A stretch of 64,000 nucleotides of DNA, taken from the NCBI GenBank assembly GCA_034530615.2, contig JAVRCV020000022.1, positions 1 to 64,000 on the forward strand, written 5' to 3'. Both the position numbers and the translations under genes were made by a program. The stretch comes from Aulosira sp. ZfuVER01. GTDB lineage: Bacteria > Cyanobacteriota > Cyanobacteriia > Cyanobacteriales > Nostocaceae. The notes under the pieces are model-generated. The model ran no database searches. It saw only the letters and a list, made by a program, of their open reading frames with translations, and had not been told where the DNA came from. Shown here in pieces: positions 20,335-29,605 of this stretch (position 1 is the first letter of the stretch; every line of letters begins with the position of its first letter).

Positions 20335-22668
20335 TTATGAATTTCTGTTTAAGAGTTCTATCCAAGTTGCTATTGCACGGAAATAGGGAGCATTATAAGG
20401 ATTCTTCAAGGAAGTCCGAAACTCTTCATCCTTTAATATACCCTGCGGTAATCGAGCGAGAGTATAAGCTATTTTTGGTAAATGTAAATAGTACCTTGTA
20501 CCCATTGCCTCCTCTGACTTCCTGTCTGTAAACTTTCTCAGCGATTGTTCTTGTATTTGGGCTGTAATTAGTAAATTACGGACAAAATTACGCGAATAGT
20601 TGATGCCGATATTCTCCTGTTCTAATCTATTGACAAAAGGTAGTACACCTAACAGTTTGGGCTGATTTTGTACTTTGAGATATTCTTTAATTTCAGAATC
20701 GAATAAATTAATATTTTCAATGCCTAACCACTCATGCCATTTAAATACTTCACCAAACAAGCCTAAACTATCCCGACCATTTTGTTTGGCTGCTTCTTCA
20801 GCTTCCCCTGATTCATCCGCAGCTTGATATAGGGGAAATTTATTATCTGCAATACTGATTCCTCCTGACAGAGTAATATCTGGGTTATATCCGGTGTAAG
20901 CACGGAAGCATTGATAAACATCAAATCCAAATTCTACAACTTGGTTCCATGCGCCACTGATAAATAGATCGTCACCACCTGCATAGATAAATAGCAAAAT
21001 TCTAGATGGATTTTTTGATGTGGATTCATTACTCTGAGTAGTTTGAGAGTCTTTATTTTGAGGTAACCGTTTAATATTTGTGGGTATATTTTTTTCATTA
21101 TTAGCTGCCAAGCTATTCAAATATACTTTGAAGAAATAACTCATTTGCCGAGAGAGTCCGGCTAATCGAGGTAATGTTTGGTTCTCACCTAATCCTTTAG
21201 CAAAAATTTGTCCCAGTCTATCTACATCCATTCGTAAATAGCCTAGTCTTTTGATACCATGCGAGAGTTCCGCCATTTCTTCAGCACGCATAAAACCTGT
21301 TTCTTCAGGAATTTGCGACTTGATAGCATAATTACCTAACAATAAAGGTGCAGAATTTAAATTACGAAAATGGCGAAATCTATAATGGTCTAATTCCCAA
21401 TCATTTACTAATAAAATAGTGTCTGAATCTGGAACTATTTGTTTCCAGTTGTCAAAAAGACAGTAGCGGACATTTACAGCCTTTAAATCTTCTGTGGCTG
21501 GTAGCTTAAACTCGATTGCATTATTGTCGTTTGCTTGTGCTTCGCTCAATTGCGATCGCACTATTGCATCTACTCGTAATAGCTGTCCCCCAAGTTTATA
21601 CATCCGGCGACAGGTTCCGCAAGCTTGTACCGCACCCGGTTCTTGATTCAAAGGTTGTAAATTTTCTTCATCATCGCGGTGGCAGACTTGGCAGGGTGTG
21701 TGTGCATAATATTTCTCTAGTAGGCGAGAAAGGTCTGAAAGCTGGTCGCCAAATTTACGGGATTTATACTTAGCTAGTGTTTTGGTAGCGTTTGACCAAT
21801 GATCGGCAAACTGTTTGGTGGCAATATCTTCTATAGGGGATGTTTCTGAACTATCTAACGCTAAATAAACTTTGCCTTGAAATTCATCTATTAGCCATTT
21901 ATTAAATTGTTGGCGAACTTTGCGAACAGTATTTTTCGTTTCCTCTGTTCCTGGTGCCAGAATATATAAGTTACCACCACCTGCATAAATAACGTTAGTT
22001 CGAGGTAGTTTTAATTTCTCTAGTAGTTGTTGTACAACTTCTTCCGTAACTAATTCTAAATAAAAACTCCGCGCACGTAATGATTTCAGCGCTCCATCAG
22101 AAGATATAGTGTAGATAAATTTTTGAATACCTGATAAGTCACCTGCAACAATGCTCAATTTGTAAGGTGCGGATAGATTAGCGATCGCCGCCGCAACCGC
22201 AGCTGTAGTTCTGGCTTTATCTATCAGTGCAACATCCGATTCCCCATAGCTGATGAATGAGCCAAATTTTTCTAGAATCAGCGTTAGCAATGAAAGATTT
22301 TGCCAATCTTGCGGACTTTCTTTTAAAAAGCTTATTTCTTTATGAATTTTTTCTTTTAGAGTCTCTAGTTCAGTTGTTGGTTCTTCAAGTTGGGGGTAGG
22401 GAATAGTAGGATTTTGAGATTCAATCTCACGCGATCGCCAAAAATATTGTTTATCTTGACCTAGCGACAGCTTTACAGAGTCAAATAATAATCGTAACGC
22501 CCTGGGTGTGCAATCGCTCGGCCACTGCAAATATCTTTTAGCTTCTTCAATAGCATCAGAATCATTAGGTCTATTTAACTCCAAGCCGGCCCAGTTAGCT
22601 AAATCTGATACCGCTTGCTGAATGACAGTTAAAGCTTCTTGATGTGACGAATTTTGCAAATTTGTCAT
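20335..22668 (-). CDS. cas10: Cas10/Csm1 with intact GGDD cyclase and apparently no HD nuclease
   Basis: GDLSGIQKFIY, LRARSFYLE, CQVC..CGTC, RMDVDRLG and IYAGGDDLF; no N-terminal HD motif. Confidence 0.95.
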   Translation of the reverse strand: MTNLQNSSHQEALTVIQQAVSDLANWAGLELNRPNDSDAIEEAKRYLQWPSDCTPRALRLLFDSVKLSLGQDKQYFWRSREIESQNPTIPYPQLEEPTTELETLKEKIHKEISFLKESPQDWQNLSLLTLILEKFGSFISYGESDVALIDKARTTAAVAAAIANLSAPYKLSIVAGDLSGIQKFIYTISSDGALKSLRARSFYLELVTEEVVQQLLEKLKLPRTNVIYAGGGNLYILAPGTEETKNTVRKVRQQFNKWLIDEFQGKVYLALDSSETSPIEDIATKQFADHWSNATKTLAKYKSRKFGDQLSDLSRLLEKYYAHTPCQVCHRDDEENLQPLNQEPGAVQACGTCRRMYKLGGQLLRVDAIVRSQLSEAQANDNNAIEFKLPATEDLKAVNVRYCLFDNWKQIVPDSDTILLVNDWELDHYRFRHFRNLNSAPLLLGNYAIKSQIPEETGFMRAEEMAELSHGIKRLGYLRMDVDRLGQIFAKGLGENQTLPRLAGLSRQMSYFFKVYLNSLAANNEKNIPTNIKRLPQNKDSQTTQSNESTSKNPSRILLFIYAGGDDLFISGAWNQVVEFGFDVYQCFRAYTGYNPDITLSGGISIADNKFPLYQAADESGEAEEAAKQNGRDSLGLFGEVFKWHEWLGIENINLFDSEIKEYLKVQNQPKLLGVLPFVNRLEQENIGINYSRNFVRNLLITAQIQEQSLRKFTDRKSEEAMGTRYYLHLPKIAYTLARLPQGILKDEEFRTSLKNPYNAPYFRAIATWIELLNRNS

Positions 22669-22727
22669 GATAAAGAGGGACTGTATACCTACATTTTCCG
22701 GGAATTCGGCTTAATCAATAAAAATAA

Positions 22728-23672
22728 TTAGCTTTTTGATACAAAAATTGACTTAGTACACTTAAGTATACTCTCGGAAACAGTTTTGACTTGTCCTCGC
22801 ACCCAAGGGCCACTAGTAATTTCCAAGTACGGTTGTACTTGATGTACCTCTTCTACTTCCGCTAGGCTACTGTGAATTACTGCTACAGGTACTAAATTCC
22901 CCCGATCGCGACAAAATTCATGCCATGCATTCACGGCTTCTGGCTTAGAACTAATAATCAAGTAGTGGGTACAAGCTTCTAAAATTGGTAATTTTTCTGG
23001 CTGCACCATTCCACCTACATCTACAATTACCAAAGATTTCTGCCGTCGCAGTTGTAATATTGCTTGAGCGTGATAAGGAAAAAACCTTTCTGTTAATGCA
23101 CCCTTATTGCGTAGTTTGAATGCTTCGATTTCTTCATCTGTTGCATCTTGCCCTAATTCTAAAACATAGTTTCCTTCTCCATCCCAGTGGGCGCGTTGCA
23201 GGTAAATATCAGGATGCTCAAGTAATAAAGCTTGAAACAAAGCATGGGATAGTACGCTTTTACCGCTATCTGGTGGCCCTACTATCATCAATGCTGGACA
23301 TAAGCTCACTTCTAAATTTTTTGGCTGAACCGACTGATGATTTTGCCTTCCGTTTGGTGGACTAATGGGAATTACTTGCCCAATGCAGACTTGACGAGAG
23401 TTAGTAGCAGATACCACTGCTCCCAATCGCGGATCGTAGCAAGCCACCCAAGCAGTAGGATGCAGTTCATGAGTTAAGTAGGAATAAAGCCACATGGGGG
23501 CGCGACCAGAAATTACCACCCCACCATTAGTATCAATACCAGGGGGTAGTTCCAGGTTTTTGATATCCTGTGGTTCTATGAGGCGATCGCTTTTGGTCAA
23601 CTCAATCGATAGTACTTGGTACTGTAAATCTTGTACAAGTAGCGATTCACTTAGCTGTAAGCGCAGAGATAT
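22728..23672 (-). CDS. csx3: Csx3 (Crn3 ring nuclease) fused to a P-loop ATPase domain
   Basis: GVVISGRAPMWLY..L.H..H...WVACYDPRLGAVV Csx3 signature; Walker A GPPDSGKS; frame extends to ATA at 23672 after AGGAGG (first standard start is TTG 23600). Confidence 0.85.
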   Translation of the reverse strand: MSLRLQLSESLLVQDLQYQVLSIELTKSDRLIEPQDIKNLELPPGIDTNGGVVISGRAPMWLYSYLTHELHPTAWVACYDPRLGAVVSATNSRQVCIGQVIPISPPNGRQNHQSVQPKNLEVSLCPALMIVGPPDSGKSVLSHALFQALLLEHPDIYLQRAHWDGEGNYVLELGQDATDEEIEAFKLRNKGALTERFFPYHAQAILQLRRQKSLVIVDVGGMVQPEKLPILEACTHYLIISSKPEAVNAWHEFCRDRGNLVPVAVIHSSLAEVEEVHQVQPYLEITSGPWVRGQVKTVSESILKCTKSIFVSKS

Positions 23673-23955
23673 AATCTTGTCCTCCTTAAAATCTCAGTCA
23701 TTTTTATTTCTCTGCCATTATGTCATTCTTAGTAGAAGACCCCTCTTCTATTACATTTGCTAGTGTTAGATGTAGCACTAATACAAAAGTAGCTACTGCA
23801 ATGATTCACTCAAAAATACTAAATTTAGATGATTTTCTCCAGTTTACCAGCTTTTTATAGCCGTAAATCTTTTTTATTAAGTATAATGAAATACTTTTGC
23901 TTAAGACAAATTCAAACTTGTTTGTACTGAGTATTTGGATAGGTAGGTTTTAAAT

Positions 23956-25431
23956 TTGACCAAGGAATTTTATCTATCGCCTACACCACAAACTTTACAA
24001 TGGCTGGCAGCCGGACAATTAGGGAATCGGCTAGTGCGATCGCTGCGGTTATGGGTGCTGATCGATAAACTCTATAGTAGTCAGACAAACTGGGCGAACG
24101 AACTACCAACGTCTTTCACATACTCACAGTTGCGCGATCGCTTGTTTGCCTATCGTCACCCTAAAAGCGATAGATTAAATGCTCAACAAATCACAGCGCA
24201 GTGTGGCGATGGCAGTTGTATTTGTTATCAAACCTTCTCGGACATACTATTTAATCGGAACTTCCAGCAAACTGAAAGTCAATGGCAAGATGAAATTATC
24301 TTGTTGACTGGGATAAATCAACAGGAACTAGAAAAAATACTGCTAGAACATCCCTTTGCTACTGTACATCGTTCTCTGCGTGATGACCTCAAACAATTAA
24401 TCCAGCTGGGATGGTTACAATCAGCCCAACAAAGGAAATATCAGTGTTTGGCAAGAGAACAGCTACCTACACCCCCAATTCCACAGACAACTTCCGCGAG
24501 TTTACCATCTAATTACTTGTCTCAGCTTACGGAAAAACAAACTTGGGAACTGCTGCGAGTCTTAGAATCTGTCTCCTTTGTACAGCCAAATTTATCGTCA
24601 ATAATTAATCAGTTATGGGAGCAAATAACAGACAGTTCTTCATCTAAACAGCAACTACATAACCAAGAACCACCGCCAAGGATATTTCTACATTTAGACT
24701 ATATTCTTTCTAAGCTGATGCAAGACCAGGTGGACAATTATCAAGAACAAATAGAACAGCTTTGGCACAAACCTCCTGGTGGTGTAGTGCAGTTTGAATA
24801 TTGGATAGCAGCAACTGAGAGTAAAGTAACAGTTACTGTTTACCCAGTCTGCTTACATTACGTGCGTCGTGCTAAATATCTCAGTGCTTATGGTATTGAC
24901 CCAAATGGTAATGTAGCATGGCATAACTATCGCTTAGATCGCATTGCCAGCAAGCAATTAAAAGTATTACCTTGGGGCGATCGCCTGGTTCCGCAACAAT
25001 TAAAACAGATGCGGAACACAGGAACTTTACCTACACCAGAAGATATTGCTAGGGAATTAAAAGCAGCTTGGGGTTTTAATTTCTATTTCCCAAAAGAATT
25101 GCTGATTCTCCGGTTTCCCGCAGATTTTGCTAGATGGTATGTAGATAACACCACAAGACATGAGACTTTTCGTGCAGTTCTATATGACGAATTACCACAG
25201 TTAATTGTTAAAAATATTCCAGATAAACAGGAGTGTGAGCATTTATTAAAAATTGTCACTCAATGCTCAAAAGAGGATAGCTATTACATGGCTTGGATAC
25301 GTATTAGAGATATCAATGTTTATATGCGTTTGCGAGAATGGCGACCCAATGGTGAAGTTATTGCCCCTTTGTCTATTCGTTACCAAATGAAAGCAGAAGC
25401 AGAACAAGAGTTAGAAAACTATCAAACATAA
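23956..25431 (+). CDS. CRISPR-associated WYL-domain protein (TIGR03985-like)
   Basis: YPVCLHYVRRAKYLSAYG...NYRLDRI WYL-type motif; N-terminal HTH-like RSLRDDLKQL; divergent from the csx3-cas10 operon. Confidence 0.85.
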   Translation: MTKEFYLSPTPQTLQWLAAGQLGNRLVRSLRLWVLIDKLYSSQTNWANELPTSFTYSQLRDRLFAYRHPKSDRLNAQQITAQCGDGSCICYQTFSDILFNRNFQQTESQWQDEIILLTGINQQELEKILLEHPFATVHRSLRDDLKQLIQLGWLQSAQQRKYQCLAREQLPTPPIPQTTSASLPSNYLSQLTEKQTWELLRVLESVSFVQPNLSSIINQLWEQITDSSSSKQQLHNQEPPPRIFLHLDYILSKLMQDQVDNYQEQIEQLWHKPPGGVVQFEYWIAATESKVTVTVYPVCLHYVRRAKYLSAYGIDPNGNVAWHNYRLDRIASKQLKVLPWGDRLVPQQLKQMRNTGTLPTPEDIARELKAAWGFNFYFPKELLILRFPADFARWYVDNTTRHETFRAVLYDELPQLIVKNIPDKQECEHLLKIVTQCSKEDSYYMAWIRIRDINVYMRLREWRPNGEVIAPLSIRYQMKAEAEQELENYQT

Positions 25432-25530
25432 TAGAACCATTTTCTCTTTCTTTCTTTTGCCTTTTAACTTTTTACTTTTGCCTTGTTCGGTCAACAATAT
25501 TCCCACTTGTATTAAGTCAAATTAATTAAA

Positions 25531-26385
25531 ATGCTTGTACCCAAACAAAACAAAGAACCTCAGCTAGAAAACATCTTTTCACCCCGTTCTCCACTAGATT
25601 TCTTAGGTTTTGCTGTAGTTGGAGTGATTATCAATCTTCTCTCAGGCGCTAATCCTATTGGATTTGTGGGAGTGGGTATTTTGTTTATTTACTGGTTTTG
25701 GTTAGACCGCCAAAAAGCCAAAAGAATATCTAAAAGATTAGCGTTAACTTTCGGTAGTAAAGAACCTGCTAAGGGTGCTAAAGGCTTGATTGTTTTGCTG
25801 AGTCCTTACTCACCTCGCCTACAGTCTTTGAAAGATGAAAAACAGCTAAAACCACTTGTCCAACATATTATTAATACACCTGCCGAAAAGTTAGAGCTTG
25901 CAGACTTTCAAAATATTGACCTATTTAACTCTAATCTTTTACCACAGATAAAAGCTGTAGAATATCATGTGAAGGAAGGTAATTTACGTGATGTTTGGTT
26001 AATTAGCTCTAAAAGCTACGATTTAGTTAAAGGCTCTGAGATTACTGCTAAAATTCTGTCACAGTATTTAACTTTTGAATACGGTCAACGCCTAGATGTC
26101 CAAACTCAAGATTATTGTGTGGAGGATTGGAATTATAAAAGGCTTTGGGAGATAGCAGATAAAATTTTCCGTGAATCAGATTATAAAGACGAGGCTGTAG
26201 TTGCTGATATCACTGGTGGAACTAAGATGATGACTATGGCGCTAGCTATGGCTTGTATCCTACCAAAGCGACGAATGCAGTATATGGATGCTCAACGTGA
26301 TTGGCAAGGCAATCCACTATCAGCAGGGGAAATAAAGCCTGTCGGTATTGATGTTAATCCAATTATCTACAGTAATAACAATTAG
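25531..26385 (+). CDS. Membrane-anchored CARF protein (Cam1-like effector)
   Basis: N-terminal hydrophobic segments FLGFAVVGVIINLLSG and IGFVGVGILFIYWFWL; CARF motif ADITGGTKMMT. Confidence 0.75.
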   Translation: MLVPKQNKEPQLENIFSPRSPLDFLGFAVVGVIINLLSGANPIGFVGVGILFIYWFWLDRQKAKRISKRLALTFGSKEPAKGAKGLIVLLSPYSPRLQSLKDEKQLKPLVQHIINTPAEKLELADFQNIDLFNSNLLPQIKAVEYHVKEGNLRDVWLISSKSYDLVKGSEITAKILSQYLTFEYGQRLDVQTQDYCVEDWNYKRLWEIADKIFRESDYKDEAVVADITGGTKMMTMALAMACILPKRRMQYMDAQRDWQGNPLSAGEIKPVGIDVNPIIYSNNN

Positions 26386-26411
26386 TTGTAAGTATCTATT
26401 AGCAATAGTAT

Positions 26412-26447
26412 AAAATGCAGTTCTGAAATATTTCAGAACTGCATTTT
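26412..26447. terminator. Perfect 36-bp palindrome, probable bidirectional terminator between TM-CARF and array 1
   Basis: AAAATGCAGTTCTGAAAT-ATTTCAGAACTGCATTTT. Confidence 0.75.
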
Positions 26448-26473
26448 TTCTTATTTTATGCCACTAAATAGCA

Positions 26474-27461
26474 GTTTTCATCCCCGTGAGGGGAATAGTT
26501 TAAAAACTGGAGGCTACGACATCGTTGATACAAAGACGATCGTGTTTCCATCCCCGTGAGGGGGAATGTTTTGAAAACATTGCGGATGCCCCGAAGGGGA
26601 GTGCTATGCTGAAATTCCTGAGTTTCCATCCCCGTGAGGGGGAATATTTTGAAAACTCGTGAAGATCAACAACTGGCAAGGGAAGGTGACAAGGTTTCCA
26701 TCCCCGTGAGGGGGAATGTTTTGAAAACAACCATGTCCATGGTGCGGGCGTGTGGGTGTCTGCGGTTGCTGGGAGTTTCCATCCCCGTGAGGGGGAATGT
26801 TTTGAAAACTTTCATCCCTATCCAGCAGAGACAAATCATTTCAATGTTTCCATCCCCGTGAGGGGGAATGTTTTGAAAACCATCTTGGTCTTTACGATCA
26901 ATGGACTGAACAGCAAAGTTTCCATCCCCGTGAGGGGGAATGTTTTGAAAACTTTGTGAGGTTGTTAATGCAATGCTACTATACCTTGTTTCCATCCCCG
27001 TGAGGGGGAATGTTTTGAAAACGTCAACTATGTCTGAGAAGTGGAGTAAGTGGCATATTGTTTTGTTTCCATCCCCGTGAGGGGGAATGTTTTGAAAACA
27101 GAATGGTTATGGAGAGATTCATGGTTTCTTAGCACAGCAGTTTCCATCCCCGTGAGGGGGAATGTTTTGAAAACTAGTCGCTGTAAAAGTAGTAGAGGGT
27201 AATTGCTCATGTTTCCATCCCCGTGAGGGGGAATGTTTTGAAAACCTCTTTAATGCTTTCGCAAGGTGGAAGTCATAGGAAGTTTCCATCCCCGTGAGGG
27301 GGAATGTTTTGAAAACTTATAGCCCCTAACATTGCTGCTGGTTTTTCAAATAGTTTCCATCCCCGTGAGGGGGAATGTTTTGAAAACTTATAGCACAAAG
27401 AAAAAAGTAAAACTTGCTAGCCATTTGTTTCCATCCCCGTGAGGGGGAATGTTTTGAAAAC
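26474..27461 (-). CRISPR. CRISPR array 1: 14 repeats, 13 spacers; repeat GTTTTCAAAACATTCCCCCTCACGGGGATGGAAAC (minus strand)
   Basis: 35-bp repeats counted by hand; degenerate terminal repeat at 26474; leader on the right. Confidence 0.98.
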
Positions 27462-27775
27462 CCTATCCTTTTAGAAGCCTTATCTAGAAAGGGTTACAGA
27501 TACCCATTTTCGCGGGGGGTCTAATTAACCTGTCAATAAAGTCAAATTATTGAGAATTGAACTAGGTTAAACCCTCCTCAAAGGCTTACATAGTAGTACT
27601 TTCGCGGGGGTCAACGAAAGAATAAGGGTTTCAGCCATTGGCACACCCCCGCGAAAAATTTGCGTGTGAAAGGTAAAAACTAATACTTTAACGTTCACTA
27701 GGAAACGGAATATTAAGTTTTCAAGGTTCTGCTTTCTTAAACTAGAGTATAGCAAACTACTTCTTACTCTTCAAA
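27462..27775 (-). promoter_or_regulatory. CRISPR leader 1
   Basis: Homologous to 32074-32390 and to the inverse of 35790-36100; TATACT -10-like box; three CCCCCGCGAAA motifs. Confidence 0.8.
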
Positions 27776-28134
27776 GCGCAACGTGCCAACTTTACATAAG
27801 TTTTCACTGTTTCACTTTCCGCCTTGCCAAGATTGTCGCCCATTTCCAGGCGATGCCTGCGGCAACCCCTTTGGCGATCGCATCTGCCTATTCTCCTCCT
27901 GTGCTACTGCAAAATAGACGTTGTGAGGCAAAATAAAAAATCCCCAGCAATCTGTTTAGGCGATCGCCAGGGATGAGTAATGATATTGTCATACCACTTT
28001 ACTAAATCTTGCCTCATATAATTCCTCTGTCCTTAGTAAAGGATTTGGAACAATATGATTTTTAACAAGAGGAAAGTAACTGGTATTTACAAAAACGCAG
28101 GTGTTTCGGTTAATGAACCTTCAGATCAAATCAA

Positions 28135-28383
28135 TCAACTCAAAGCCTCATTTTCGGGTAAACTTCGCACTCCTTGCACATCAAAAATAATCAAGAATTT
28201 GATATTTTTGCTTGAATGTTGCAACATTTGTAAGTAAGCAGCTGCATCATCTCGGCGGCGAAATCTTGCTACAACATTAGAAGATTGTTGAACATCACAA
28301 GTATCACTAGTATTATCCAACCTTTGTTGATTAGATAAACCACGGATAATGCACCAAGGATGCAATTGCTCTTGATAGGTCAT
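28135..28383 (-). CDS. Small conserved cyanobacterial hypothetical protein
   Basis: MTYQEQLHPWCIIR...VVARFRRRDDA pattern; AAGGTG RBS-like sequence. Confidence 0.6.
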   Translation of the reverse strand: MTYQEQLHPWCIIRGLSNQQRLDNTSDTCDVQQSSNVVARFRRRDDAAAYLQMLQHSSKNIKFLIIFDVQGVRSLPENEALS

Positions 28384-28520
28384 AATAATCACCTTACAAA
28401 TGCTGTTGAATACCCAAAGATTCGGCTTTGAAATTGACTATCATCAAAGTAGTAGATGAGTATTCCCTAAGACAGGGCAAGATGATATTGACAAATTACT
28501 TAAGCTGTGGTTCATCTAAG

Positions 28521-28826
28521 CTATGATTCATAAGAATTAAAGCGTAACCATTGCAAAACTTGTTCGGGAATCTCCTCAAAATGTTCGAGAAAAAAATCCA
28601 TTAAAGCCAAGCGGAGTAAATCATTGTTGGTAGGATAGCGTTGATGAGAACCATTTCTAAACCAGCCTCTAACTGTGGAATCAGAACGGGAACATATCAA
28701 GGCAATTAGTTCATAACTTACAGCCCATTTGGTATAAAATTCTGTTGGTGTCATGCCGAACTCCCAATTGCTGTAGAGAAAAATCAGATGGTGTTCGCGT
28801 GTAGTGAGGCGACGAAGATTAGACAT
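28521..28826 (-). CDS. Small HTH DNA-binding protein
   Basis: MTPTEFYTKWAVSYELIALICSRSDSTVRGWF helix-turn-helix pattern. Confidence 0.7.
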   Translation of the reverse strand: MSNLRRLTTREHHLIFLYSNWEFGMTPTEFYTKWAVSYELIALICSRSDSTVRGWFRNGSHQRYPTNNDLLRLALMDFFLEHFEEIPEQVLQWLRFNSYES

Positions 28827-28923
28827 GATCAATAAGTTAAAAGTAAAAAGTAAAAAAGCAAAAGAAAGAGGTAAAGTAGTAGGTTGGGTTTCGCAAAGCC
28901 TCAACCCAAACTACATTAATTAA

Positions 28924-29193
28924 TCAGTGCGAATCTAAATGCGTGATGATGATTCTTTGTTCCTCCGTATAATGCCAGTAAAACCGTTTCGCCATTGATG
29001 CGGAAGAACTCCAAATATCGCCATCTTTGCAGTGATATCGATGGGTTCTTAAACTGCGATATGTAGGCCCGTTATTAGCGAAACATTCAAAAGCTTTATC
29101 GTATTGCTTGCGGTCTTTTGAGGATAATGAATCAAGTTGCTTTTGGGCTTTTGCAGCAAAAATCAAACGGAATTTGACAGCTTGAATATGCAT
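28924..29193 (-). CDS. RelE/ParE-superfamily toxin-like protein
   Basis: FAAKAQKQLDSL...YRSLRTH...SMAKRFYW...IIITHLDSH fits the RelE fold pattern. Confidence 0.6.
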   Translation of the reverse strand: MHIQAVKFRLIFAAKAQKQLDSLSSKDRKQYDKAFECFANNGPTYRSLRTHRYHCKDGDIWSSSASMAKRFYWHYTEEQRIIITHLDSH

Positions 29194-29323
29194 TCAAAAG
29201 TTTCCGAATGTCCAACTTTGACCGAAAGCGTAGAAACTTTTGCACAGGTGGAGCGCGTGCTTTTTTCTCAGCGTTCATTTTGTTATGATTTATCTGGTTA
29301 ATACTTTGTCAGAATTGCGTAAC

Positions 29324-29605
29324 CTAAACGATAAACGCTGCGTCGTCTACTACAATCTCAGGTTGGGTTCCCAATACTGCTACTTTGCAACGATTGTGTG
29401 CAGACATGGGGTAGAATCTAACTTGGTCTTCGCGTTTATTGACGAGTCGGAAGAGGTATTTGGATAGGGTTTCGTACTGTTTTTCATCCAACACGCACTC
29501 GAAAACTGACTTTTGCACCCGCAACCCGTAAGCTTCTAGAAGTTTCGCCACTTTATTGCGGCGGGTATCGCTAACGATGTCATAGCAAACTAAGTAAAAC
29601 ATCAT
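29324..29605 (-). CDS. cas2: CRISPR-associated Cas2
   Basis: YLVCYDI, RVQKSVFEC and DQVRFY motifs. Confidence 0.96.
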   Translation of the reverse strand: MMFYLVCYDIVSDTRRNKVAKLLEAYGLRVQKSVFECVLDEKQYETLSKYLFRLVNKREDQVRFYPMSAHNRCKVAVLGTQPEIVVDDAAFIV

